Source: Candidatus Latescibacterota bacterium
Lineage (GTDB): Bacteria > Latescibacterota > UBA2968 > GCA-2709665
Assembly: GCA_965222075.1 (NCBI GenBank)
Contig: OZ244937.1
Location: 1,280,001-1,344,000, forward strand
DNA length: 64,000 nucleotides
Direction: 5' to 3'
The notes under the pieces were generated by a model. It saw nothing but the letters and a program-made list of their open reading frames with translations. It was not told the origin of the DNA and did not search any database. The position numbers were made by a program, and so were the translations under genes. Position 1 is the stretch's first letter, and each line of letters opens with the position of its first letter. Positions 9,619 to 20,014 of this stretch are shown here, piece after piece.

Positions 9619-12600
9619 GCACGGTCGGCGAAAGGGAAATTCGCACGCAGCAGCGGGTGATTGACTTCTTCCAGGATGCACTTGGCTACGCCTATCTCGG
9701 CAACTGGCAGGACCGCGCCGATAACCGTAATGTCGAGAAAGGGCTGCTCACCGACTGGCTGAAGCGCCAGGGTCACAGCGATAAGATCATCGACAAGGCG
9801 CTGCATGAACTGGGCAAGGCGGCGGCACTCGGTGGCAGCAAGATGCTCTACGCCGCCAACCGCGAGGTCTACGGCCTGCTCCGCTACGGCGTGAAGGTCC
9901 GGCCGGGCGTGGGCGAACAGACCGTCACGGTCTGGCTGGTCGACTGGGAGAATCCCGGCAGCAACGACTTCGCCATCGCCGAGGAGGTGACGGTCGCCGG
10001 GGAGAATACCAAGCGGCCCGACCTCGTGCTCTACGTCAACGGGATCGCCCTTGGGGTGCTGGAGCTGAAGCGCTCGACGGTCTCGGTGACTGAGGGCATC
10101 CGCCAGAACCTCGATAACCAGAAAAAGGAGTTCATCCGGTCGTTCTTTGCCACCGTGCAGTTCGTGATGGCGGGCAACGACACCGAGGGGCTGCGCTATG
10201 GCGTGATCGAGACGGCAGAGAAGTACTGGTTGCAATGGAAGGAGGCTGACGCCCACCCGGCTGCCGGCGACAATCCGCTGCTTCGGGAACTGAGCCAGCT
10301 CTGCAACAAGACGCGGCTGCTCGAGATCATCCACGACTTCATCGTCTTCGACGCTGGCGTCAAGAAGATCTGCCGCCACAACCAGTACTTCGGCGCGCGT
10401 ACGGCCCAGGAACACGTGAAACGCCGCGAGGGCGGCATCATCTGGCACACCCAGGGGAGCGGCAAGAGCCTGACCATGGTCTGGCTGGCGAAATGGATCC
10501 GTGAGCACACGACCGGCGGGCGGGTGCTGATCATCACCGACCGCACCGAACTGGACGAGCAGATTGAGACGGTCTTCAAGGGTGTCAGAGAGGAGATTCG
10601 CCGCACGAAGAGCGGCGCCGACCTGGTGCGCGTGCTCAACGCTGGCGACGAATGGCTGATCTGTTCGCTGATCCACAAGTTCGGCGCGTCCGAGGAAGGC
10701 GACGTCGACGCGTTCGTCGAGGACATCCAGAGCCACCTGCCCAGGGGCTTCCACGCCAGGGGCGAGATCTTCGTCTTTGTGGACGAGTGCCACCGCACCC
10801 AGTCGGGGAAGCTCCACGACGCGATGAAGGCGCTGCTGCCCGGCGTGATGCTGATCGGCTTCACCGGGACGCCGCTGCTCAAGGACGACAAGCGGCGGAG
10901 CATCGAAACCTTCGGGCCGTACATCCACGCCTACAAGTATGACGAAGCGGTGAGCGACGGCGTGGTGCTGGACCTGCGCTACGAGGCGCGCGACATCGAC
11001 CAGAACATCACGTCGCAGGCCAGGATCGATCAGTGGTTCGAGCTCAAGACCCGAGGGCTGACCGACGTGGCGAAGGCCCAGCTCAAGCAGCGCTGGGGCA
11101 CGATGCGGAGAGTCCTGAGTGCACGGGACCGGCTGGAGAAGATCGTCGCCGACATCCTGCTCGACATGGAGACGCGCGACCGCCTCAAAAGCGGTCGTGG
11201 CAACGCCATGCTCGTCTCCGGCAGCATCTACTCGGCCTGCCGCTTCTTCGAGATGTTTCAGCAGACCGATCTGGCGGGCAAGTGTGCCATCGTCACCTCC
11301 TACAAACCGGCCCCGGCGGACATCAAGGGCGAGGAGACCGGCGAGGGGCTCACCGAGAAGCTGCGCCAGTACGACATCTACCGGAAGATGCTTGCGGCGC
11401 ACTTCAACGAGCCCGAAGACACTACGATGAACAAAGTCGAGCGATTCGAGCAGGAAGTGAAGAAGCGCTTCGTTGACGAGCCGGGGCAGATGAAGCTTCT
11501 GATCGTCGTGGACAAACTGCTGACCGGCTTCGATGCTCCGCCGGCGACCTATCTCTACATTGACAAGCCGATGCAGGACCACGGGCTGTTCCAGGCGATC
11601 TGCCGGGTCAACCGCCTCGACAGCGAGGACAAGGAATACGGCTATATCATCGACTATAAGGACCTGTTCCGGTCGCTGGAGCAGTCGATTCAAGACTATA
11701 CCGGAGGAGCTTTCGGGGGCTACGACGAGGCCGACGTGAGGGGGTTGCTCAAGGATCGACTCCAGCAGGGCCGGGAGCGGCTGGAGGAGGCACGCGAGGC
11801 GGTCAAGGCGCTGTGCGAGCCGATCGAGCCGCCCCGTGACACCGCGGCCTACCGGCGCTTCTTCTGCGCCACCGAGAGCGGCAACGCCCGGAAGCTCAAG
11901 GACAATGAGCCAAAGCGCGTAGCCCTCTACAAGCGGACTGCGGCGTTCCTGCGGGCCTACGCCAATCTGGCCAACAGATGCGTGAGGCCGGCTACTCCGA
12001 CGCCGAGGTGCAGGAGATCAAGGCCGAGGTGAACCACTACGAGAAGGTCCGCAAGGAGGTCAAGCTTGCCAGTGGCGACTACATCGACATGAAGATGTAT
12101 GAGCCGGCCATGCGGCACCTGCTCGACACGTACATCCGGGCCGAGGAGAGCGAGAAGCTTTTAGCGTTCGACGATCTGACCCTCGTACAGCTGATTGTCA
12201 AGCGCGGGGAAAAGGCGTTCGATGTGCTGCCCGAGGGCATCCGCAACGATCCCGAGGCGGTGGCCGAGACGATCGAGAACAATGTTCGACGGCTCATCAT
12301 CGACGAGACGGCGGTCAACCCCAGGTACTACGGGAAGATGTCGGGACTGCTGGACGCCCTGATCCTCCAGCGCAAGCAGGAGGCGGTCGACTACAAGGCA
12401 TACCTGGCGAAAATCGTCGAGTTGGCCAGGAAAGTCAGGAGCCCGGAAACCGGGACATCCTATCCTTCGAGCATCAACAGCGGCGCGCTGAGGTCGTTTT
12501 TCGACAACTTGCAGGGCGCAAAGGTTTCGCAAGAGAGATCACTGATGCGCTACAGCACCGAACCGGCCGTGGATGTCTTGGAGGCGAAGGCGCTTAATCT

Positions 12601-12754
12601 GGACCGCGCCATCCGTGATGTGAAGAAGGCGGACTGGCGGGGAAACAAGTTCAAGGAACGCGAGGTCCGCAACGCCATCAGGTCAGAACTCGGCGACGAC
12701 GAGAGCCTCGTAGACGCGATATTTGAGATTGTGAAGGCACAGAGTGGCTACTAA
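9615..12754 (+). CDS. hsdR: Type I RM restriction subunit HsdR, one-base frameshift near 11976
   Basis: 'RPDLVLYVNGIALGVLELK', 'HTQGSGKS', 'DECHR', 'FTGTP', 'LLTGFDAP', 'QAICRVNR'; ORF 11978-12754 is the natural C-terminal continuation. Confidence 0.92.
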
Positions 12755-13478
12755 GGCGAGGTGCCGGCGCATCGACGTGCGAGGGACACCGGTAGAGGTC
12801 GTCCGCAAGGACATCAAGAACCTCCATGTGGGTGTTTACCCACCGAACGGTCGGGTACGGGTGGCTGCTCCACTCCGTCTGGATGATGACGCAGTGCGGC
12901 TGGCCGTCATTTCTCGCCTGGGCTGGATTCGCCGGAAGCAGGCGGAATTCGAGCAGCAGGATCGCCAATCTCAGCGGGAGTTCGTGACCGGCGAAAGCCA
13001 TTACTTCGAGGGCCGGCGTTACCGGATTGACGTAACCGAGCGCGACGGCCCACCAACTGTTCGTCTGCTCAACAACACCACGATGGCGTTAAGCGTTCGT
13101 CCAGGTGCCGACCGGGACAAGCGGGAGGCGGTACTTCATCGATGGTATCGCCGTCAGCTCCGCGACCGGTTGCCGGCGCTTCTCGCCAAATGGGAACCGA
13201 AGGTCGGCGTGCAGATCGCCGAGGTTCGCATCAGGAAGATGAAGACCTGCTGGGGGACGTGCAACAGGGACGCCCGCCGAATCTGGCTGAATCTTGAACT
13301 GGCGAAGAAACCGGCGTCCTGCCTTGAATACATCGTAGTGCATGAGATGGTCCACTTGATCGAGCGCCATCACAACGATCGGTTCCGCGATCTGATGGAC
13401 AGGCTCATACCTCAGTGGCGCTTGCATCGGGACGAGCTCAACCGTGCGCCACTTGCTCACGTAGACTGGCGGTACTGA
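12744..13478 (+). CDS. M48/YgjP-like (DUF45) metallopeptidase associated with Type I RM
   Basis: 'KNLHVGVYPP.GRVRVAAP', 'MKTCWGTC', HEXXH 'HEMVH'. Confidence 0.9.
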   Translation: MATKARCRRIDVRGTPVEVVRKDIKNLHVGVYPPNGRVRVAAPLRLDDDAVRLAVISRLGWIRRKQAEFEQQDRQSQREFVTGESHYFEGRRYRIDVTERDGPPTVRLLNNTTMALSVRPGADRDKREAVLHRWYRRQLRDRLPALLAKWEPKVGVQIAEVRIRKMKTCWGTCNRDARRIWLNLELAKKPASCLEYIVVHEMVHLIERHHNDRFRDLMDRLIPQWRLHRDELNRAPLAHVDWRY

Positions 13479-13520
13479 ATGAAATCGCGATCCCTGGGCG
13501 GTGTAGGGGAGGACCTCTGG

Positions 13521-13598
13521 ATCGAGGGGTTTGACATCGCGGGCCGATGCATTCCGGCCAACCATGTCGGCGGCGACTTCCTCCAGTACTTTGATTAG
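13521..13598 (+). pseudogene. Fragment of a SpoIIE/PP2C-type phosphatase domain
   Basis: Translates as IEGFDIAGRCIPANHVGGDFLQYFD*, the characteristic start of SpoIIE domains (PAxxVGGDF). Confidence 0.75.
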
Positions 13599-13644
13599 CT
13601 CAAGTCTGGCGGAGGTTGTTGTATACCCTTCAAAGGGACGTCAT

Positions 13645-14148
13645 ATGGCTGACCAGGGGCATACGGCGATACTCAAGCAGGGGGTAGAGGCCTGGAATAA
13701 GTGGAGGAAAGAGAATCCCGATCTGCTGCCGGACCTCACCGGTGTGGACTTCAGCGGTATGGATTTCAGCTATGAAAACCTCAGCGGTGCGAACTTCAAC
13801 AACTCGGAACTGGTCCATACGGACCTCAGTGATGCCTACCTCCAGGGTGCAACCCTCTGTGATGCGACCCTCAGCTGCACGAACCTGTATGGTGCGACCC
13901 TCACTGGCGCAGACCTTACCGGTGCGATTCTCAGCGAAGCGACTCTGAAAGAAGCGGATCTCCGATGTGCGATTCTTAAAGATGCAAATCTGGTGGGGGT
14001 GATTTTCAGAGAGGTCCAGGGTCTAAGCATCGAGCAACTTTCCAAAGTAAAAACGTTGTATAAGACAATAGAATTAGACGAGCATCTCCTGAAGCAAGTC
14101 ACACAAAGGTATCCCGATCTCCTGAAGGCGCCGGAAGAGCAGCCATAG
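13645..14148 (+). CDS. Pentapeptide repeat protein
   Basis: 'LKQGVEAWNKWRKENP..PDL' then A(D/T/N)Lxx repeats. Confidence 0.9.
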   Translation: MADQGHTAILKQGVEAWNKWRKENPDLLPDLTGVDFSGMDFSYENLSGANFNNSELVHTDLSDAYLQGATLCDATLSCTNLYGATLTGADLTGAILSEATLKEADLRCAILKDANLVGVIFREVQGLSIEQLSKVKTLYKTIELDEHLLKQVTQRYPDLLKAPEEQP

Positions 14149-14199
14149 CAGAGGTCGCAGAGGGGAATTCAATCCCCTGGTAAACTCCCTGGAGGGGCA

Positions 14200-15012
14200 A
14201 TGAAGGCTCGGGAAAATGCAGCCGTTTTTTGTTTTATACGCTTGCATGTCATTCTATATCTGTTTCTGGTGGGGGCGGTGTCGTGCGCCAGAAGCGGTCA
14301 GAATCCACCTGCGGAAGGCTTTAACCTTGCCGGATCGGATGCCAGGGCGATTGAGATTGCGGATGCTGTGATGGAGAAGATGGGGGGCCGAAAGAGCTGG
14401 GATCAGACGCGCTACATCGCCTGGAGGTTCTTTGGACGAAGGCTGCATGTGTGGGACAAGTGGACCGGTAATCTTCGTTTCGAAGTGAAAGATCTGGTCG
14501 TTTTGATGAATATCCACACCAGGGAAGGCCGTGTGTGGCGTGCCGGTGTGGAGATGACCGAGCCTGATTCGTTGAAGAAATACTTGAGGCGGGGGTACCG
14601 TGCGTGGATCAACGATTCGTATTGGCTGGTTATGCCATATAAATTGAAGGACACCGGTGTTAGTTTGAAGTATAAGGGAGAGGGTAAAATGGAAAGCGGG
14701 CGGGACGCGTACATTTTAACCCTTACCTTTGAAGATGTCGGCGTTACGCCGCAAAATAAGTATGATGTCTATATAGATAAAGAGACAATGCTGGTGGAAG
14801 CGTGGGCTTTTTACCGAAACGCATCAGATCCGGAGCCCGGATTTAGAAATCCCTGGTCAGACTGGAAGCGTCACGGAAAAATCCATCTGTCCGCCGATCG
14901 CGGCAGAAGAAAACATACTGATGTTGCCGTTTTTGATGAACTGCCCGCCTCAGTCTTCAAAAGCCCCGAACCGGTGGATATGATGGCGTTTAAGAAGGCC
15001 GCTGTCCACTAA
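14200..15012 (+). CDS. Conserved hypothetical exported/lipoprotein
   Basis: Hydrophobic N-terminus with 'AVSC'; 'WINDSYWLVMPYKLKD.GV.L', 'VGVTPQNKY'. Confidence 0.7.
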   Translation: MKARENAAVFCFIRLHVILYLFLVGAVSCARSGQNPPAEGFNLAGSDARAIEIADAVMEKMGGRKSWDQTRYIAWRFFGRRLHVWDKWTGNLRFEVKDLVVLMNIHTREGRVWRAGVEMTEPDSLKKYLRRGYRAWINDSYWLVMPYKLKDTGVSLKYKGEGKMESGRDAYILTLTFEDVGVTPQNKYDVYIDKETMLVEAWAFYRNASDPEPGFRNPWSDWKRHGKIHLSADRGRRKHTDVAVFDELPASVFKSPEPVDMMAFKKAAVH

Positions 15013-15034
15013 ATGAGGAGCCGAGGGAGCAGAC

Positions 15035-15886
15035 ATGGCCGAAGTTTATCTGCACGCCAATATCTTTCGAGGCCAGCCCTTCGCCCGGGCGGTCCGGAAG
15101 GCGAAGACATTCGGGTATGACGGGATGGAGGCCTGGTTCAGCCACTTCAGGAACCGGGACGATCCGGTGGGGAGTTTGACGGAGTTGAAGCGGGTTGCGG
15201 ACTCGGAAGGGGTGCCGATGCCGGTGGCGCCGCTGAATACGGATCTGCTGGTTGACGATGTATCCGTGCGACAGGACAACCTGAGCAGAACGGTAGACTA
15301 TATCGGCGAGGTGGGGGCGCTGGGGTTCGAGTGGATGAACGGGTATATCGGCTGGCTCAATGCCCCAAACGGTTCGTGGCACGAGAGCGGTTCGGTTATG
15401 GCAACCGGCGCACACCATGAACGGGCCGTGGAAGGGTGTGCTGCAATGGCAAAGGCCGCAGAAGAGGCAGGGGTTACCGTCACGCTGGAGATTCATATGC
15501 GAACGCCGCACGACTCGGCGGCATCTGCCATGCGTATTCTCGACGCGGTGGACAGCCCCCGGATGATGGCCAATATCGATTCGGGAAATCTGCACGGGGT
15601 GGACCACGCAGAATCGCCCACCGAGGCGGTGGACATCCTGGGGAAGCGACTTGGGTATGCGCATTTGAAGAACTGCCGCCGGTTCGGTAAGCAGGCTGAC
15701 TATCACTACTCGCTGTGGGGCGGTGATTTAGACTACGCCGTGATCATCAGGCACATGCACGAGCAGGGGTATACCGGGCCGTACTGTATCGAGTATTCCG
15801 GGGATGGGGACCGGAGTTACCGGGCATGGGAAGATTTGAATTACGTTCGAGAGATCCTGGCGGATCTGAATATGGTGCCATGGTAA
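15035..15886 (+). CDS. Sugar phosphate isomerase/epimerase (xylose isomerase-like TIM barrel)
   Basis: 'GYDGME', 'LEIH', 'NIDSGN', 'YAHLKN', 'GYTGPYCIEY'. Confidence 0.85.
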   Translation: MAEVYLHANIFRGQPFARAVRKAKTFGYDGMEAWFSHFRNRDDPVGSLTELKRVADSEGVPMPVAPLNTDLLVDDVSVRQDNLSRTVDYIGEVGALGFEWMNGYIGWLNAPNGSWHESGSVMATGAHHERAVEGCAAMAKAAEEAGVTVTLEIHMRTPHDSAASAMRILDAVDSPRMMANIDSGNLHGVDHAESPTEAVDILGKRLGYAHLKNCRRFGKQADYHYSLWGGDLDYAVIIRHMHEQGYTGPYCIEYSGDGDRSYRAWEDLNYVREILADLNMVPW

Positions 15887-17262
15887 AACTGCTTGTCCGT
15901 ATTTTTCCGGTATGCTGGCTGATGGTAATACCGCCGGCAGCGGCTGACGAAAGCGGTGGTGCCGGCGCTGAATACTACTGGCCGCAGTGGCGCGGCCCCC
16001 TGGGCACCGGCGTTGCTCCGGACGCGAACCCGCCGGTTGAATGGAGCGAGAGCAAGAATATCCGCTGGAAAATCGCGTTGCCGGGCAGTGGGCATTCAAC
16101 GCCGGTCGTCTGGGGCGATCGCCTCTTCATCACCACGGCCGTGCCTATCGGTGACGCTTTGGAACCCAGATATAGGGATGCTTTCGGCGCGCATGACAAC
16201 CTTCCGGTGACGCACCACCACAAGTTTGTGGTCCTGGCCATCAGCCGCCGAGACGGAGAAATCGTCTGGCAGCGGACGGTGCATAAGGAACTTCCGCACG
16301 AGGGGGGGCATCACACCAGCAGCCTGGCGTCCAACTCACCGGTGACCGACGGTGAGTATCTCTTTGCGTTTTTCGGTTCACGGGGTCTTTACTGCCTTGA
16401 CCTGGACGGCGAGTTGCAGTGGAAGACAGACCTGGGCGATATGCATACCAAGCACGCGCATGGCGAGGGTAGCTCGCCAGCGCTGTACGGCGATATACTG
16501 ATCGTCAACTGGGATCACGCAGGCCAATCGTTTGTGATTGCTTTCGACAAACGGACCGGCAAGCAGCGCTGGAAGGTTGCGCGTGAAGAGGTGACGTCGT
16601 GGGCGACACCGATCGTGGTCGAGCACGGTGGTAAGCCGCAGGTCATCCTCAGCGGTACGAACCGTGTGCGTGGCTACGACCTGGCCACCGGCAGCGGCAT
16701 CTGGGAATGCGGCGGGCTGTCGGCAAACATCGTTGCCTCGCCAGTGGCGGGGAACGGGATGGTGTATGCCGCCAGCAGCTACGACAAACAGGCCATGGTG
16801 GCCATACGCCTCGACGGCGCCAGGGGCGATATCACCGGGACCGACCAGGTCATGTGGACCCGCACACGAGGCACACCGTACGTGCCCTCGCCACTGCTTT
16901 ACGGAGACGCGCTGTACTTCCTCCACCACTACCGGGGGATTCTTTCACGCGTTAACGCAAAGACAGGAGAAGAACGGCACGGCCCGTTTCGGCTCGGCGG
17001 CATCCGCAACGTGTACGCCTCGCCGGTGGGCGCCGCCGGCCGTGTGTACATTACCGACCGCGACGGCACAACGCTGGTAATCAGCCACGGTGACATCCCC
17101 AGGGTTCTGGCGCTAAACCGACTCCAGGACAGTTTCAGCGCCTCGGCCGCCGTGGTCGGACGCGAGTTGTTCCTGCGCGGGCAGCGAAACCTCTACTGTA
17201 TCGTGGAAGAGGTGTGTCTGCCTGGATCGGGCCTGAGGACCGGGCCGGGGGATAGAGGCTGA
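15880..17262 (+). CDS. PQQ-binding-like beta-propeller protein (BamB-like)
   Basis: Signal peptide, 'WPQWRGP', 'WSESKNIRWK..LPGSGHSTP', repeated SP/W blades. Confidence 0.88.
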   Translation: MVKLLVRIFPVCWLMVIPPAAADESGGAGAEYYWPQWRGPLGTGVAPDANPPVEWSESKNIRWKIALPGSGHSTPVVWGDRLFITTAVPIGDALEPRYRDAFGAHDNLPVTHHHKFVVLAISRRDGEIVWQRTVHKELPHEGGHHTSSLASNSPVTDGEYLFAFFGSRGLYCLDLDGELQWKTDLGDMHTKHAHGEGSSPALYGDILIVNWDHAGQSFVIAFDKRTGKQRWKVAREEVTSWATPIVVEHGGKPQVILSGTNRVRGYDLATGSGIWECGGLSANIVASPVAGNGMVYAASSYDKQAMVAIRLDGARGDITGTDQVMWTRTRGTPYVPSPLLYGDALYFLHHYRGILSRVNAKTGEERHGPFRLGGIRNVYASPVGAAGRVYITDRDGTTLVISHGDIPRVLALNRLQDSFSASAAVVGRELFLRGQRNLYCIVEEVCLPGSGLRTGPGDRG

Positions 17263-17438
17263 CACATAGCAGGAGACCCTGGGGGAGAGGGTGTAACAAT
17301 CGCCTGAAATCACGGCGATGCTTCGCCCCTGTGCCAGCGGTGAAAAATCGCTGTTCCCGGAAAGCAGGGCAAAGATGCTGATATGCGGCTTGGAATAGCA
17401 CAGGGCATCGACAACCATAGATGTTTTGTACGAAAAAG

Positions 17439-17469
17439 TTGACACACGGCGGGGCATTCTTCGTAAATT
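17439..17469 (+). promoter_or_regulatory. Possible sigma70 promoter for zapA
   Basis: TTGACA-N19-TAAATT; spacer longer than optimal. Confidence 0.35.
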
Positions 17470-17556
17470 AAAACAAAGCAGAAAAACGGTTCACCATATT
17501 GAGATATGAAGAAGAAAGCGTATCCGGTACATCCTGCAGGGACTTGAGGTGAAGAG

Positions 17557-17871
17557 ATGGGTGAGCGTGACGAAAAGAGATCAAAGATCACCAATGTGAC
17601 CATTTTGGGCCATGAATATCCCTTGCACAGCCACGAATCTTCGAATTATACCCTCAGAATTGCGGATTTTGTAGATCGCAGGATGGCCGAAACTGCCTCT
17701 GAGCAGAATCTGGCCGACCCCACCAGGGTTGCGATTATGGCTGCGATGGATATTGCCGATCAGATACTCAAGCACAGAGACCGGCGGAAAACAGAGCACG
17801 AGAGGGCCGCTGAGGCCCTCCAACGGCTGGAGCAGTGCCTGGATAAAATGGACCAAAGTGAAGATGGATAA
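17557..17871 (+). CDS. zapA: Cell division protein ZapA
   Basis: 'VTILGHEY.L', 'IADFVDRRM', 'RVAIMAAMDIAD' plus C-terminal coiled coil. Confidence 0.85.
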   Translation: MGERDEKRSKITNVTILGHEYPLHSHESSNYTLRIADFVDRRMAETASEQNLADPTRVAIMAAMDIADQILKHRDRRKTEHERAAEALQRLEQCLDKMDQSEDG

Positions 17872-17914
17872 ACCAAAAACCGACAACCTCGCTCTTCTCA
17901 AGCACAGCCTGGGC

Positions 17915-18613
17915 CTACGGGGTATTCAAGCATCTGTATTTGAAGATTGTAAAGAGGATTTTCCAACCTGCTTTCAGGGTTCCTTTCACCGTACCGGTAA
18001 TTTTGGAAACGCCAATTCGACGTCGGTAGCTTACCGGCACCTCCTCTATTTTCAGTCCCTGCCTGGCCGCTTTGACCTGCATTTCCACGGTCCATCCAAA
18101 CGTCTTATCCTGCATATCCAGTTCTTTGAGTACCGGATAGCGAACCGCCCGGAAGGGTCCCAGGTCGGTATACCGCGTGCGGAAGAGACACCGGATGAGC
18201 CGGGTGGCCAGCCAGTTGCCGAACCAGGCCTGAGGCAGGAGCGCCCCGGGTTCCCTGCGGCCCAGGATGCGGGAACCGATCACGAGGTCGGCGCGGTGCT
18301 GGAGGATGGGGCCCACCAGATGGGGCATTTCGTCGGGGTGGTCGCTGTAGTCTCCGTCCAGAAAGACTACGATATCGGGCCGATTCAGGGCAGCCATACC
18401 CGCCAGACAGGCAAAGCCGTATCCTCTTTGGTCCTCCCGCACGATACGGGCGCCCATTTCGGCGGCCAGCCGGGCGGTTTGATCGGTTGACCCGTTGTCT
18501 ACCACCACGACCTCTGTGACAAGGCCGGAGGGGATATCGGCGATCACGTTCCGGATGGCCTCTTGTTCGTTGAACACGGGAATGATGACGGAGATGCGCG
18601 GAGAGGAGGACAT
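17915..18613 (-). CDS. Glycosyltransferase family 2
   Basis: 'ISVIIPVFNEQEAI', 'VVVDNGSTD', 'VFLDGDYSD', 'DLGPFRA'; only the C-terminal part of the 957-aa track ORF is real. Confidence 0.92.
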   Translation of the reverse strand: MSSSPRISVIIPVFNEQEAIRNVIADIPSGLVTEVVVVDNGSTDQTARLAAEMGARIVREDQRGYGFACLAGMAALNRPDIVVFLDGDYSDHPDEMPHLVGPILQHRADLVIGSRILGRREPGALLPQAWFGNWLATRLIRCLFRTRYTDLGPFRAVRYPVLKELDMQDKTFGWTVEMQVKAARQGLKIEEVPVSYRRRIGVSKITGTVKGTLKAGWKILFTIFKYRCLNTP

Positions 18614-18663
18614 GGGATTTCGGATCTCTGCTTTGCTGGATGCTACGTCTATACCGCCTCTTT

Positions 18664-19857
18664 CTAACCCCCAGACCCTGCTTTTCTGAGGGTCTCGGGG
18701 ACAAGGAGGGCAAAGGTGCCGACGGCCAGGAGGCCGATGCCGGAAATGGCAAAGGTGGCGGCGGAGAGGCTGAGGAGGTCTGCGATGCCCCCTACAACCA
18801 GCGGGCTGCCCATGTCCCCGCCATCTCCGATGAGCCGCCAGATGGCCAGGAATTCGCCTATGGATTCTCCGGGCGCCAGGTCGGCGCCCAGGGTCATCAT
18901 AGACCCCGAGCCGAGGCCGTTTCCCAGCCCGATGACGCTGGTGGCCAGGAGCAGGCCGAAAAAGCTGCCGGTGAACGGGATGAGGCTCATGCCCACCGTC
19001 TGAGTGAGGAAGCTGGGTACAGTGGCGTATTTTCGCCCGTACCGGTCCATCATCAGGCCGGCAGGGTAGAACATGGACATATCGAGGAAGGCGGAGACGC
19101 TGAGGATCCATCCGACGGCCTGGACGTTCAGCCCGATGATGTCGGCGGCGTAGAGCGGGACAATGACGTGCCGGCCTTTTCGGAGCGTCTGGGCAAAGAG
19201 CTGCCCCGAACCCGCTGTGGCCAGCTGCCGGTAGTGAGATTTGAAGACGCCAAAGAGGTGGCCCAGTTGTCCCTCTGGTGCGGAACCGGACACGCGGGTT
19301 TTTTCGATGGTGAGCGCCGAGGTGACGATCGTCAGAACGGCCAGTCCGGCATAGATGAGAAAGGCGCTCTTGAGCCCGTACAGGGCGCCAAACACACCCC
19401 CGACCGCGGGGCCTGCGAAGGTGCCGATGCGGTTGATGCCTCCAAAGACCGAGATGGCCCGGCCCCGCTGATAGGGGGATGTGACGCTGGCCAGATAGGT
19501 ATGGCGGGAGATGTTCCAGAGGGCGCCGCCGATTCCAGCGGCAAGACGATAGAGGACGACCTCGAAGACGGTCTGCGCCCAGACAAGGGCCAGGACGGAA
19601 AGGGCAACACAGGTGACGCCGAAGACCATAACCGGTTTTCTGCCGATTTTCCTGAGGAGGATGCCGGTGGGGAGATCGCCTGTCAGGTGCCCGATTCCTT
19701 CGGCGGCCAGGATGAGTCCGATCAGGCCATAAGAGGTGGCAAACGATTTGGCATAGAGGGGCAGGATGGGAATGATCATCCCGCGACCAAAGGAGAGAAT
19801 GAGGGTGGGGAGGTAGACGGGAAGGATGAGGCGGGTGCGGTTGTTTGCCTGGCTCAT
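18664..19857 (-). CDS. MFS transporter
   Basis: ~12 hydrophobic segments; 'LRKIGRK', 'MDRYGRK' loop motifs. Confidence 0.9.
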   Translation of the reverse strand: MSQANNRTRLILPVYLPTLILSFGRGMIIPILPLYAKSFATSYGLIGLILAAEGIGHLTGDLPTGILLRKIGRKPVMVFGVTCVALSVLALVWAQTVFEVVLYRLAAGIGGALWNISRHTYLASVTSPYQRGRAISVFGGINRIGTFAGPAVGGVFGALYGLKSAFLIYAGLAVLTIVTSALTIEKTRVSGSAPEGQLGHLFGVFKSHYRQLATAGSGQLFAQTLRKGRHVIVPLYAADIIGLNVQAVGWILSVSAFLDMSMFYPAGLMMDRYGRKYATVPSFLTQTVGMSLIPFTGSFFGLLLATSVIGLGNGLGSGSMMTLGADLAPGESIGEFLAIWRLIGDGGDMGSPLVVGGIADLLSLSAATFAISGIGLLAVGTFALLVPETLRKAGSGG

Positions 19858-19906
19858 GGACTTTCCGGGCGTTGAATTGGGGCGTATGAAGCTGAATAAG
19901 GCCTAT

Positions 19907-19935
19907 ATAGTAACGACCTGGGGGGGATTTGTCAA
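19907..19935 (-). promoter_or_regulatory. sigma70 promoter for MFS gene
   Basis: Minus strand TTGACA-N17-TACTAT. Confidence 0.75.
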
Positions 19936-20014
19936 GGAGGAGCTGGGGCATTGACACCCGATCAGGTGAGGCTGTTTCGCCACAACGGGAATGCATAGGG
20001 GTGTGGGAGGGTAT

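Noticed and set aside
9591-11693. 700-aa minus-strand ORF
   Set aside because: Antisense shadow of GC-biased hsdR; no recognisable motifs
14161-14178. AGGGGA-N6-TCCCCT hairpin as REP/IS end
   Set aside because: Single short copy with no transposase nearby
17217-17249. Possible degenerate CCTGCCTG element at the end of the PQQ gene
   Set aside because: Arms mismatch the consensus at several positions; cannot be distinguished from chance
17872-17914. 6S RNA expected downstream of zapA
   Set aside because: Only ~43 nt before the convergent glycosyltransferase stop; no room
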